DNA from: a bacterium
GTDB taxonomy: Bacteria; Patescibacteriota; Gracilibacteria; Peribacterales; Peribacteraceae
Assembly: GCA_029558515.1 (NCBI GenBank)
Contig: JAKQEM010000032.1
Location: forward strand, 3,987 to 67,986
Reading direction: 5' to 3'
DNA length: 64,000 nucleotides
This document shows, piece after piece, positions 35,308-45,266 of this stretch; position 1 is the first letter of the stretch; each line of letters opens with the position of its first letter. The translations under genes and the position numbers were made by a program. Under the pieces are notes generated by a model. It made no database searches and was not told where the DNA came from. It worked only from the letters and a program-made list of their open reading frames with translations.

Positions 35308-36993
35308 TTATTCCCCAACAATCGCCTGCATGAACGCAGCGAACAGCGGATGCGGCTTGTGCGGTCTGCTCTTGAACTCCGGGTGGAACTGGCAGCCGAG
35401 CATGAAGGGATGATCCTTCACCTCCACGATCTCCATGAGATGCGTCTGCGGGTTTTCCCCGGAGAAGATGAGTCCCTTCTTTTCCAATCGATCTTTGAAC
35501 GCATTGTTGAATTCGTAGCGATGGCGATGACGCTCGGAAATCGTATCGCTTCGATAGGCATCGTGTGCCTTCGTCCGCCGACGTAACGCACAATCGTACG
35601 CCCCCAACCGCAGCGTCCCGCCCTTCTCCCGTCCCTTATGCTGCCCGGGGAGAAAATGTACGACGTACTTGGATGGAGCGAGCTTCTCCTCTTCATCGAA
35701 TTCTTCACTCGTCAACGCATCATCCTTCAGCACGGCGCGCGCAAACTCGATCGCCAGAATCTGCGCCCCCAGACACAAACCCAAATACGGCACTTTTTCC
35801 GTCCGCGCATAGTGCGCCGCAGCGATTTTTCCCTCGATCCCCCGGTTGCCGAATCCTCCGGGCACCACCAAGCCGTCCGCGCTCTTGAGCACCGCCCACG
35901 TTTCCTCATCATTCTTCTCCAACTTCTCGCTGTCGACCCAGAGCAACTCCGCCCTGGCTCCGTGAAAAACAGCGGCGGATTTGACCGATTCGATGACGCT
36001 CAAATAGGCATCCTCCAAGTGAGTGTACTTGCCGACGAGCGCGACCTTGACCGGACGTTCCGCCTTTGCGTTGCGCTCGCGACCCTGCTCCCATTCGCTC
36101 ATATCCGGCTGCAGATTTCCCAACCCCAGCTTCCGTCCGATGATGGCGGCAATGTCGTACTGTTGCAGGGAGAGGGGCACGTCGTAGATGGAGTGCAGTG
36201 TCAGCGAGGGAATGACCGCCTCACGCGAGACGTCGCAAAACCTGCTGATTTTATCCAGCAGTACATCGGGAATCTTGTGATCCGCGCGCGCCAGAATCAT
36301 ATCCGGCTGCACGCCGATGCGCCGGAGTTCCCGCACGGAGAGCTGCGTGGGTTTGGTCTTCAGTTCTTTGCTCCCCTTCAAGTACGGCAGCAGCGTGAGA
36401 TGCACGTGGAACAGCCGTTCGGGTCCCAGGTCCGCTCGCATCTGTCGCAGAGCTTCCAAGAAAGGTTCCCCCTCGATGTCCCCGACCGTGCCGCCGATCT
36501 CCACCAACATGATATCCGCGTTTGATTTGAACGCCGCGGACTGAATGGACTCCTTGATGGCGTCGGTAATGTGCGGCACCACCTGAATGGTCCCGCCGAG
36601 AAACTCGCCTTTGCGTTCGCGCGCCAGCACATGCGTGTAGATCTTCCCGGTCGTCATCGTGCTCAACTTGCTCATGGGCTCGTCGATGAACCGTTCATAG
36701 TGTCCCAAATCCAAATCCGTCTCAGCGCCGTCATCCGTCACAAAGACTTCGCCGTGCTGAAAGGGACTCATCGTCCCGGGATCCACATTCAAGTACGGGT
36801 CGAGCTTCTGCACGAACACCTTGAGCCCGCACGCCTTCAAAATCGCCCCGATGGACGCCGCGGCGATGCCTTTCCCCAAACTGGAGCAGACGCCTCCCGT
36901 CACCACGATGAACTTCGCATGGCTCGAAAGGCCGCCGTTGCTCCCTCCGGTGGAAGGATGTGGCTGCGACGGCGTGTTCCTGGATGCAATCAT
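35308..36993 (-). CDS. pyrG: CTP synthase
   Basis: TGGVCSSLGKG, DPYLNVDPGTMSPFQHGEV, KTKPTQ, GLCLG, RHRHRYE, QFHPEF; start uncertain (36993 or 37038). Confidence 0.96.
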   Translation of the reverse strand: MIASRNTPSQPHPSTGGSNGGLSSHAKFIVVTGGVCSSLGKGIAAASIGAILKACGLKVFVQKLDPYLNVDPGTMSPFQHGEVFVTDDGAETDLDLGHYERFIDEPMSKLSTMTTGKIYTHVLARERKGEFLGGTIQVVPHITDAIKESIQSAAFKSNADIMLVEIGGTVGDIEGEPFLEALRQMRADLGPERLFHVHLTLLPYLKGSKELKTKPTQLSVRELRRIGVQPDMILARADHKIPDVLLDKISRFCDVSREAVIPSLTLHSIYDVPLSLQQYDIAAIIGRKLGLGNLQPDMSEWEQGRERNAKAERPVKVALVGKYTHLEDAYLSVIESVKSAAVFHGARAELLWVDSEKLEKNDEETWAVLKSADGLVVPGGFGNRGIEGKIAAAHYARTEKVPYLGLCLGAQILAIEFARAVLKDDALTSEEFDEEEKLAPSKYVVHFLPGQHKGREKGGTLRLGAYDCALRRRTKAHDAYRSDTISERHRHRYEFNNAFKDRLEKKGLIFSGENPQTHLMEIVEVKDHPFMLGCQFHPEFKSRPHKPHPLFAAFMQAIVGE

Positions 36994-37138
36994 ACGAAGA
37001 AAACCGGGCAAGTTCCGGGGGAAGCCCGTGAGCATCATACTCGTTGAAATGGCAAAGACAAGAAAGAATATAAGAGAATATATCTACTATTGAGCAACTC
37101 GCTCATTACTCTATACTGCATGACTTCCCATTCTTCCC

Positions 37139-38533
37139 ATGTCTGGACTCATTGAAAAAATCGAAGTGATCATTACGGACCCTCGTCTTACGCAAATTGC
37201 CAATATTGATCTGGAAGCACTGACAAAAAGAAACAGTGATCCACTTTCACCATTGCAAAAACAATTCCGCACCTGTTGTCTTGGCATCGTGGGAGCAAAA
37301 GACGATCCACAAAATACGGAAGAGCTTCCAGGGCACTTCCCCGATTTCCAAGTCGTGCTGGAAAGGCATCGCCAATCCATTAAGCTGATCCTTCTGCACA
37401 CTCCATCCGACGCATTCCCTAAAGGGAAAATTACGGAAGGAAAACGCAGACAGTTGGGCGCAGCCATTCGCGATATGCTCTTTGCTCAAACACATCTCAA
37501 GTATGAAGATCGCACAACAATAATACATCAAATGCTGCGTGATGCAGATGCCCTGTCTCCAACGTATGCCATCATCGATAACACCCGAATACAACTCGAT
37601 CGAATCACCTGTTTCGGCGGACATCGTGTGGGACAAGACGAATACTTTTTCTCAAAGAATCTTGGCAAAGAACTCGGGCTTGCATACATGGAAGTAATCA
37701 CCGGAGGGGGCCCCGGCATCATGCGTGGCATCATGCGGGGAAATGTCAAAGGTCTGCGTATGCAAGACACGGACGGCAAGCAAATTGGAATGACATGTCC
37801 TGAAATCATTACGGCTGAACCTCCCAATAGTTGGCTAAACAGATTAATTATTCTTCCGGATATCGAAAGCAGGTTGGAAGCATTCCTGCGAACGCAAAAC
37901 GGAATCATTTTTCTCCCAGGTGGCATCGGCACATTGGAAGAATTTATGACCGTTCTCGCCGTAAAAACTGATGCGAGTAACAGCGAACAAGAACTGCCGT
38001 TGCTTCTGGCAGGCCCAAGAGAATCCATGAATTGGATTGTCGCAGTAGAGGAATTTATGCAAACGGTGTTTGGGAAAGATGTGAAAGATCTCTATAACAC
38101 CATTACGGGAGACCCGGAAGCAATCACAAATTGGATGAGAGAAAAAATGCCTGCCGTGCACCAAGCAAGAAATTTAAAAAATGACGATCGTCTGTGGAAT
38201 AACAGTTTGCATATACCGAAGGCACTGCACATTCCATTCGAGCCGACCCACAAAAATGTCAGTGAGTTACATTTGGAAAGCGGACAATCTCTCTCCACGC
38301 TCGCATTGGAGATACGAAACATGCTAAAGGCCATTGTCTTTGCGCAAGTAGTAGAAGGCGGTTCGACATACATACAAGAGCATGGAAAATACATCGTAAC
38401 CGGTGAACGAAAAATTCTTCAAGCCATTGATACACTATTCAAAAAGTTCGCATCCGACGGAAGAATGTTTATGGGACAAACGGAGCCTTGCTACACACTG
38501 CAGTCATCAGAAATCAATCACCCCGCCCGATAA
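37139..38533 (+). CDS. ppnN: PpnN/YgdH-like nucleotide 5'-monophosphate nucleosidase (LOG family)
   Basis: CFGGH, TGGGPGIM, IITAEPPN, PDIESRLEAF, PGGIGTLEE; low GC. Confidence 0.75.
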   Translation: MSGLIEKIEVIITDPRLTQIANIDLEALTKRNSDPLSPLQKQFRTCCLGIVGAKDDPQNTEELPGHFPDFQVVLERHRQSIKLILLHTPSDAFPKGKITEGKRRQLGAAIRDMLFAQTHLKYEDRTTIIHQMLRDADALSPTYAIIDNTRIQLDRITCFGGHRVGQDEYFFSKNLGKELGLAYMEVITGGGPGIMRGIMRGNVKGLRMQDTDGKQIGMTCPEIITAEPPNSWLNRLIILPDIESRLEAFLRTQNGIIFLPGGIGTLEEFMTVLAVKTDASNSEQELPLLLAGPRESMNWIVAVEEFMQTVFGKDVKDLYNTITGDPEAITNWMREKMPAVHQARNLKNDDRLWNNSLHIPKALHIPFEPTHKNVSELHLESGQSLSTLALEIRNMLKAIVFAQVVEGGSTYIQEHGKYIVTGERKILQAIDTLFKKFASDGRMFMGQTEPCYTLQSSEINHPAR

Positions 38534-39657
38534 TTCCCCCCGCTGTCCACGATGTTGATGGTATGCGGGTGGCTCTCCTGCATGGAAGCGGGCGTGATGC
38601 GGATGAAACGGGATGTCTGATGGAACTCGGTGAGCGTCTGTGATCCGAGGTAGTAGAACGAGGACCGCAGGCTCCCCGCGCACTGGAAGAGGAAATCGCC
38701 GACTGCACCCTTGGAGGCGACCAAGCCTTCCACGCCCTCCGCAATCAACTTGCTCGCTTCCGTCCTCATGCTCTGCCCGTAGCGTTCCGCCCCGCCCTTC
38801 TGCATGGCTCCGATCGAACCCATGCCACGATACTGCTTGAATTCTCTGCCATCGACGGACACCGCTTCACCGGGAGATTCCGTATGCCCCGCCAGCATCG
38901 ATCCGAGCATCACGGCGGATGCGCCCGTCGCGAGCGCCTTGGCCATATCGCCCATCTGGCGGATGCCGCCGTCCGCGACGAAGGTCACCTTTGATTTCTC
39001 GCAAGCCCGCGCCACCTCTAAAAGAGCCGTCAATTGCGGTACGCCCATCCCCGTGATGATGCGCGTCGTACAGATGCTTCCCGGTCCCACCCCCACCCGC
39101 AGCACATCGGCTCCCGCATCCATAAGGTACTTCGCGCCGTCCGCCGTGGCGACGTTCCCCGCCATGAGAACGACGTTCTCCCCGTATTCCTTCTTGATGA
39201 AGCGCACCGCGTCGGCGATGTAGGAGGAATGACCGTGACCGGAATCCACCACGATCATATCGACTGCCGCATCGACCAGTGCGCGCACGCGCTCCTTCAT
39301 ATCCGCCCCCGCGCCGATGGCCGCCGCAACGAGCAGACGGCCGTCTGCATCCTTGCTCGCCAAGACCGCATCGATCACCGCGGCCTTTTTCACCGCTCTG
39401 ATCATCTCCGCTTGTTTCTCAATCTGCAGATTGCGGTGAATGACGCCCAGACCGCCCGCCTGCGCCATGGCATTGGCCATCTCGACTTCCGTCACCGTAT
39501 CCATCGGCGAAGAGAGGATCGGAAGCTTCAGGACAATCCGCGGATGCAAATGCGTCGTGAGATCGACCTGCTCGCGCGGGAACGTCGACTCGTTTGGGAG
39601 CAGCAAGACGTCATCGAACGTTAATCCTTCAGCAATGATGTTTTGGGAGTGAATCAT
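38518..39657 (-). CDS. guaB: IMP dehydrogenase (no CBS domains)
   Basis: LTFDDVLL, SPMDTVT, GPGSICTTR, ADGGI, YRGMGS. Confidence 0.92.
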   Translation of the reverse strand: MIHSQNIIAEGLTFDDVLLLPNESTFPREQVDLTTHLHPRIVLKLPILSSPMDTVTEVEMANAMAQAGGLGVIHRNLQIEKQAEMIRAVKKAAVIDAVLASKDADGRLLVAAAIGAGADMKERVRALVDAAVDMIVVDSGHGHSSYIADAVRFIKKEYGENVVLMAGNVATADGAKYLMDAGADVLRVGVGPGSICTTRIITGMGVPQLTALLEVARACEKSKVTFVADGGIRQMGDMAKALATGASAVMLGSMLAGHTESPGEAVSVDGREFKQYRGMGSIGAMQKGGAERYGQSMRTEASKLIAEGVEGLVASKGAVGDFLFQCAGSLRSSFYYLGSQTLTEFHQTSRFIRITPASMQESHPHTINIVDSGGNYRAG

Positions 39658-39661
39658 GGAA

Positions 39662-40675
39662 TCAGAGGTACAAATTCTTCCCGATTTCCGTAGGCACGAA
39701 ACTGGCTTCGAACGCCCAGCGAATGGTCTGATCGATTTCTTCTTCCGTCAGAATGGCATGTGTGCGCAGCAGGTCGATCTCCTTGGTGAGATTGGTCTTG
39801 AGCATGGAGGGGTTGTCGGTATTCACGCAGAACTTCACCCCGGCGTCGTAGAGCGCGCGGATCACTTCTTTGAGATGCCCCCCGTCCTTGATGAATCCGA
39901 CGGAGAGATTCGACGTGGGACACAGGCACATCGTCAGGTTTTTCTTCCGCACCTTCTCCATGACCTTGGGATTGCTGTAGGCGCGGAAACCGTGATTGAG
40001 ACGATCGAGCGGCAGGACATCGAGTACATGATCCATCTCCTCCGCCGTGCCGTCCTCTCCCGTGTGCACCGTCGTCTTGATGCCGGCGTCCCGCGCTTCG
40101 GCGTAGAGATCCGCGTAGTCATCGTAGCGAAATCCATCGGCGACCGGACCGGCGATATCGATGCCGACCACGCCGCGACTCCGGTACTTGATGGCCTTGC
40201 GCACCACCACGGCGTTCTGCTCCTTGCTGAGACGGCGATCCAGCAGCACGATGAGTCCCGCTCGCACCTTCGGAAATTCCGCCAGCGCGCGCTCCATGCC
40301 GCGCAATGCCGCGAGGATGATCTGATCCAGATCACGCTCCCCGCCACGATTGCGAAACATCGGGTTGAAGGAAGGTTCCAGCACGGTGATATTGCTGACG
40401 CGATACGCGCCGGAAATCACCTCGTAGAGCGTACGCTCCATGGAGACCGGCGAGGATTGAATGAGCTCCGTGAGGTGGAAGAGCTTGTGATAGTCCTCCC
40501 AAGTCACTTTCTCCTTATTCAGCGTGACCAGATCAAAGAACTCCCAGTAATCTTTGGACGGAAGCTTGATCCCTTGTTCGTGAGCGATGCTCCATAGAAT
40601 ATGCGGCTCCACGCTCTGTCCGAGGTGGAAATGCAGCTCCGCGAGTTCTTTGGTGGGTCTGGTGGAGGTAACCAT
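39662..40675 (-). CDS. add: Adenosine/adenine deaminase family protein
   Basis: ELHFH, TVHTGE, RLNHG, CPTSN, NTDNP. Confidence 0.85.
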   Translation of the reverse strand: MVTSTRPTKELAELHFHLGQSVEPHILWSIAHEQGIKLPSKDYWEFFDLVTLNKEKVTWEDYHKLFHLTELIQSSPVSMERTLYEVISGAYRVSNITVLEPSFNPMFRNRGGERDLDQIILAALRGMERALAEFPKVRAGLIVLLDRRLSKEQNAVVVRKAIKYRSRGVVGIDIAGPVADGFRYDDYADLYAEARDAGIKTTVHTGEDGTAEEMDHVLDVLPLDRLNHGFRAYSNPKVMEKVRKKNLTMCLCPTSNLSVGFIKDGGHLKEVIRALYDAGVKFCVNTDNPSMLKTNLTKEIDLLRTHAILTEEEIDQTIRWAFEASFVPTEIGKNLYL

Positions 40676-40684
40676 GTGGTATTC

Positions 40685-42220
40685 TTACCCCACTGGGAGA
40701 GTGGTGGCAAGTGATTCATTAGGATGTGTATGGGTCACATGCATCGCTGCATCCCGTTCGGCAGCACTATATGCAGCTTGTCCGGCAAGAGTAGGATATA
40801 GTTTTGTTATACATGCCATACATAATTCCTCTGGCTTCCGATCCAACATTTTTGGTACTGCGCTATGCGGAAGAAACTTCACAGAATCCACACCCAAATC
40901 TTTTGCAAGTGCATCCAATATTTCATCTGGTAACACACCATCATCCAATCCATCACCGGAATGATATTTCCTCACAAGAAGCTCGCGTACAGTGGGAAAA
41001 TCTATACCATAAAAACATGGTGCAATAATTGGAGGGCATGCAAGTCGTAAATGAATCTCCGTTGCACCCGCTTCCTTAAGTTGCTCTGCAAGAACTTCCA
41101 TGGTTAATCCACGAACAAGGCTATCTTCAAAAAGAATCATTGCTCTTCCTTTTACGGCAGCCAACACATTCCTATCAATGGCATATTTCAATTTTGCCTT
41201 GATTCTTCGATCCTGTAGAGGAGCAGTAAATGTGCGTCCAACGGTACGGTCCCTGCTGATGATATCCAAACGAGGGATGTGACGTTGGGCTGCATAGCCA
41301 TTTCCGCCGATCCTGGAAGATTCCGGCACAACCACCAAATAATCCGAATCAGGACGATCCTTATCCAATGCACCAAGAATACGACCGCCTTCATAGCGCC
41401 CATCTGCAATGCTCGCCCCTTCAAAATCTGAACGATGACTATCAAAGTAAATACCACGGAACATGCAGTGTTTCCTTTCCGGCTGCCATATTTTATGATT
41501 TGTAACATTGCCATTGGGAGAAATCACAACAGCTTCTCCAGGAGGTATATGCGTGAAACGACGAGGTAAACCAATATCCTTAAATGCAGAATTCTCCGAT
41601 GCAATATAATGAATACCTTCGTGTTCAGTCCTGACAAGAGATTGATGAGCATACTTATTGCGTGCGCAAACAACCGTACCATCTTGCATCATCATAATGA
41701 CATTGCAGGACCCATCCAATACACCAAGTGATCCAATAACTTCGGCGAAATCCACACGATTATGAACAAGCTGTACATTCAATGCACGCATCAATGTAAG
41801 TCCAACAATTTCCGTATCTCCATTTCTGGAAGGATGGTACCCTTCGTCCAATAAGAAACGACGCTGCTCAGCGTAATCCGGAATGTTACCATTGAAAACA
41901 AGTGCAAATTGTTGAAGGGCACCTTGCTGAAGACCATAAACGTACGGATGCAAATACTCCTCATCAAGTTGTTTGTTGGTAGCATACCGAGTATGCGCAA
42001 CGGCAGAAGAAGCCATGAAACCATCCAAACGACAACGCACTGCCATGGACATGTCATCAATTTTCCCAAATCCCCTTACAGATTCGATTTCCCCCCCGGA
42101 TCGTGTTCCTGCAAACCCATACCCCAAACCACCACGATGTTCCACACCTTTGGTAAGTTTAACGAGTGTGGGAATGACATTCCCCCCGGTAGAATGGACC
42201 ATTGCAGTTATACCGCACAT
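40685..42220 (-). CDS. purF: Amidophosphoribosyltransferase
   Basis: N-terminal MCGI, HRG, HTRYAT, NGNI, VPES, EDSLVRG, PCFYGID; low GC. Confidence 0.88.
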   Translation of the reverse strand: MCGITAMVHSTGGNVIPTLVKLTKGVEHRGGLGYGFAGTRSGGEIESVRGFGKIDDMSMAVRCRLDGFMASSAVAHTRYATNKQLDEEYLHPYVYGLQQGALQQFALVFNGNIPDYAEQRRFLLDEGYHPSRNGDTEIVGLTLMRALNVQLVHNRVDFAEVIGSLGVLDGSCNVIMMMQDGTVVCARNKYAHQSLVRTEHEGIHYIASENSAFKDIGLPRRFTHIPPGEAVVISPNGNVTNHKIWQPERKHCMFRGIYFDSHRSDFEGASIADGRYEGGRILGALDKDRPDSDYLVVVPESSRIGGNGYAAQRHIPRLDIISRDRTVGRTFTAPLQDRRIKAKLKYAIDRNVLAAVKGRAMILFEDSLVRGLTMEVLAEQLKEAGATEIHLRLACPPIIAPCFYGIDFPTVRELLVRKYHSGDGLDDGVLPDEILDALAKDLGVDSVKFLPHSAVPKMLDRKPEELCMACITKLYPTLAGQAAYSAAERDAAMHVTHTHPNESLATTLPVG

Positions 42221-42539
42221 AGGACGACAGACAATACTGTGTTCCGATGATATTGTCACCCGAAAAAAGCCACCGGTCTCCCCGAGCGTTCAAAACACAA
42301 TCAAACGCGTTTTCCAGCCATTTTCTGCTGCAACAATTGCTTCAGATGCAACGGCAAGTTCGCAACGTCGCCGGCATAGCCAATACGCTCCGCGATGTAC
42401 GCACCGACGGAGCGGCCGAGTGCGCGCTGCACATCATAGAGGGGCTTACCATACTGTTTTTACTATTGTCCATGTTCAAAGGGCGATTATAGACGAATCT
42501 TTCATTCCAATAGCGAATGAATTCGCTGCTTTGCCGTCT

Positions 42540-42569
42540 GTTAACCGGCGATTTAAATCGCCGGTTAAC
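42540..42569. repeat. Perfect 30-bp palindrome (REP-like or terminator) downstream of hppA
   Basis: GTTAACCGGCGATTT|AAATCGCCGGTTAAC. Confidence 0.8.
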
Positions 42570-42601
42570 GTGGCGAATATGAACAAATTTCAAAGAAAGA
42601 A

Positions 42602-44689
42602 TCACCCGATCCACCCCGTCGCGCTGTAGAGCGCCACCGTGAGCACGGCCACGATCGACATCAGTTTGACGAGGATATTGATGGACGGACCCGAGGTATC
42701 CTTGAAGGGATCGCCCACGGTATCGCCCACCACCGCCGCCTTGTGCGTCTCGCTCCCTTTGCCGCCAAACGCCCCGGCTTCGATGAACTTCTTGGCGTTG
42801 TCCCATGCGCCGCCGCTGTTTGCCATGGAGATGGCCAGCAGCACGCCGGACAGAAGTGATCCCGCCAGGAGGCCGCCCAGTGCTTCCGTTCCCAGGAGCA
42901 ATCCGACAAGAACCGGCGATAGAACGGCCAGGATGCCGGGAAGAATCATCTCACGAATGGCAGCGGCCGTGGCGATGCTGACGCACGTCGCGGGGTCACC
43001 CTCCGCCGTTCCCGCCATCAGACCTTTGATCTCACGGAATTGTCTGCGAACTTCCTCAATCATGGCAAATGCCGCGCGCCCCACCGCGTTCATGGTAAGA
43101 GCGGAGAAGACGAAAGGCAGCACGCCGCCCAGCAGCAGTCCGATGAGCGTGAGAGGGTTCATGAGGTTGATGGCGCTGAGGCCCGTGGCGGTGGAATAGG
43201 CCGAGAAGAGCGCGAGCGCGGTGAGAGCCGCCGACCCGATGGCAAAGCCCTTGCCGATGGCGGCGGTCGTATTGCCCGCGGCATCCAGTTCGTCGGTACG
43301 GGCGCGGACTTCCTTGGGCAGGTGCGCCATTTCCGCGATACCGCCGGCGTTATCCGCCACGGGGCCGTACGCATCGATGGCCAAGCTGATCCCGAGTGTG
43401 GAGAGCATCCCCACCGCACTGATCGCGATGCCGTAGAGACCGGCCTGCATGAATGCGATGCCGATGGCGATGCACAGCACGATGACGGGCAGGGCCGTCG
43501 ACAGATAGCCGAGTGCAAGCCCGCCGATGATGGCGGTGGCGGCACCCGTCTGCGCTGAAGCCGCGAGCTTCTTCACGGGACCGTAGTGCCCGGACGTGTA
43601 GTACTCGGTGAGGAGCCCCACGACGACGCCTGCGACCAATCCAGAGATCAGCGCGAGGAACACGCCCCACGCGAGCTCCGCCGGGAGCATGGCGCGCGTC
43701 AGATAATACGCCGCAACAATGACGAGGACGGAGGCGAGGAAGAGACCGTTCTTGAGCACCCCGTGCACGTTTGCTTCATTCTTGCCCGTGCGCACCACGA
43801 ACGTGCCGATGACACTGGCGACGATGCCCACGGCAGAGATGAGCAGAGGGAAGAGCACGGCGGATTGCACGGCAATCGCGCCGCCCGCGACGGTGAGACC
43901 GATGAGCATGGAGGCGACAATGGACCCGACGTAACTTTCGAAGAGGTCGGCACCCATGCCGGCCACGTCACCGACGTTGTCACCGACGTTATCGGCAATG
44001 ACGGCGGGATTGCGCGGGTCATCCTCCGGAATACCGGCCTCCACCTTGCCGACCAGATCCGCACCCACGTCCGCGGCCTTGGTGTAAATGCCGCCGCCCA
44101 CGCGGGCAAAGAGCGCCACGGACGATGCGCCGAAGCTGAATCCTGCCAACGCTTGAATTGCTGCGACCAGCGGAATATCCAGCGCCGCGACGAGCAGCAG
44201 CAGCAACGCCGTCAAACCAAACAGTCCCAAACCCACGACGGAGAGCCCCATGGTCGCGCCGCTGAGGAACGCGATGCGCAAAGCTTTGCCCAGCCCCGTA
44301 CGCGCGGCCTCCGTCGTACGAACGTTGGCGGCGGTCGCGGTACGCATACCGATGAATCCTGCGGCAATGGAGCACAGTGCACCGAGGAAGAAGCTGCCCG
44401 CCGTGAGCGGCAATCGCGACGCCCCGCTGCCGGGACCCCCCAGTCCGAGATCGATGAAGAGGTAGAGAATGACGATCACCGCGACTGAGAAGATACCGAT
44501 GACACCGTACTCCTTGCGCAAAAAGGCCATGGCGCCGGTGCGAATCTTGGCGGCGAGTGCGATCATCTCCGGCATTCCCGGCGGCTGCTTATTGATGATC
44601 ATGGAAAAAATGCCAGCGGCGATCAGCGCAAGCACACCGGAAGCGGCGACCCAACCGAGGGCAGCCAAAGAGAGAGTGAGAGCATCCAT
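42602..44689 (-). CDS. hppA: Membrane-bound pyrophosphatase, K+-dependent type
   Basis: GGGIYTKAADVGADLVGKVEAGIPEDDPRNP, DNVGDNVGD, GNTTAA (Ala variant indicates K+ dependence), GDTVGDPFKDTSGP. Confidence 0.95.
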   Translation of the reverse strand: MDALTLSLAALGWVAASGVLALIAAGIFSMIINKQPPGMPEMIALAAKIRTGAMAFLRKEYGVIGIFSVAVIVILYLFIDLGLGGPGSGASRLPLTAGSFFLGALCSIAAGFIGMRTATAANVRTTEAARTGLGKALRIAFLSGATMGLSVVGLGLFGLTALLLLLVAALDIPLVAAIQALAGFSFGASSVALFARVGGGIYTKAADVGADLVGKVEAGIPEDDPRNPAVIADNVGDNVGDVAGMGADLFESYVGSIVASMLIGLTVAGGAIAVQSAVLFPLLISAVGIVASVIGTFVVRTGKNEANVHGVLKNGLFLASVLVIVAAYYLTRAMLPAELAWGVFLALISGLVAGVVVGLLTEYYTSGHYGPVKKLAASAQTGAATAIIGGLALGYLSTALPVIVLCIAIGIAFMQAGLYGIAISAVGMLSTLGISLAIDAYGPVADNAGGIAEMAHLPKEVRARTDELDAAGNTTAAIGKGFAIGSAALTALALFSAYSTATGLSAINLMNPLTLIGLLLGGVLPFVFSALTMNAVGRAAFAMIEEVRRQFREIKGLMAGTAEGDPATCVSIATAAAIREMILPGILAVLSPVLVGLLLGTEALGGLLAGSLLSGVLLAISMANSGGAWDNAKKFIEAGAFGGKGSETHKAAVVGDTVGDPFKDTSGPSINILVKLMSIVAVLTVALYSATGWIG

Positions 44690-44719
44690 GAGAACAAGAA
44701 AAGGAAGAAACAAATAAAA

Positions 44720-45070
44720 TCAAGCTTTCGGCTTTGATGCGGATGGAAGTACGGACTTCTTCACTGTTTTTTTCGCCTTCTTCACGCCTTTCTTCATCAT
44801 ATCTTTCAAATCTTTCTGCAGCTTCTTCGCATTCGTATTCACGTACGTCTTGGCCTTCTGCATGTTGTCCTGCACCGCATCGCTCTTCACGAATTCCTGA
44901 ATTTCCTTCCCGACCTGCCGACCGTCTTTCTGTAAATGCTTGGCAAGAATCTTGCCGGCGGCTTCGGCGTCCTTCGCTTTGGTGAGTTCTTCACGGAGTT
45001 TTGTGTTGCTGAAAACATAACCGGCCATCGCGCCGCCCAGTGTTCCGAGAAGGAGAGAGAGTTTTCGCAT
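44720..45070 (-). CDS. Hypothetical membrane-anchored helical protein (YtxH-like)
   Basis: MRKLSLLLGTLGGAMAGYVF followed by Lys-rich helices. Confidence 0.65.
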   Translation of the reverse strand: MRKLSLLLGTLGGAMAGYVFSNTKLREELTKAKDAEAAGKILAKHLQKDGRQVGKEIQEFVKSDAVQDNMQKAKTYVNTNAKKLQKDLKDMMKKGVKKAKKTVKKSVLPSASKPKA

Positions 45071-45162
45071 AGCATCATGGGGGGAAAGATAGTCGCCATT
45101 GTACGCATGCGAAGGGTGAAATGCGAGGAGAATGATTCGCTCTACATCGTGCATCGCATCAC

Positions 45163-45260
45163 TCCTCCACCCCCCGTCCCCTCCTTTACAGAGGAGGGGT
45201 GACAGATATCAATATAGTTCCCCCCTTCCTCCACTGGAGGAAGGGGAAGGGGGATGGAGG
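45163..45260. repeat. Nested inverted-repeat element downstream of uvrC
   Basis: Hairpins CCCCTCCT/AGGAGGGG and CCCCTTCCTCCA/TGGAGGAAGGGG inside an outer CCTCCA...TGGAGG pair. Confidence 0.65.
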
Positions 45261-45266
45261 AAAAAA

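Noticed and set aside
42260-42480. Riboswitch or leader peptide upstream of purF
   Set aside because: A weak hairpin with U-tract and a 43-codon ORF are present, but I could not match purine, ZTP or PRPP riboswitch consensus; an Infernal search is needed.
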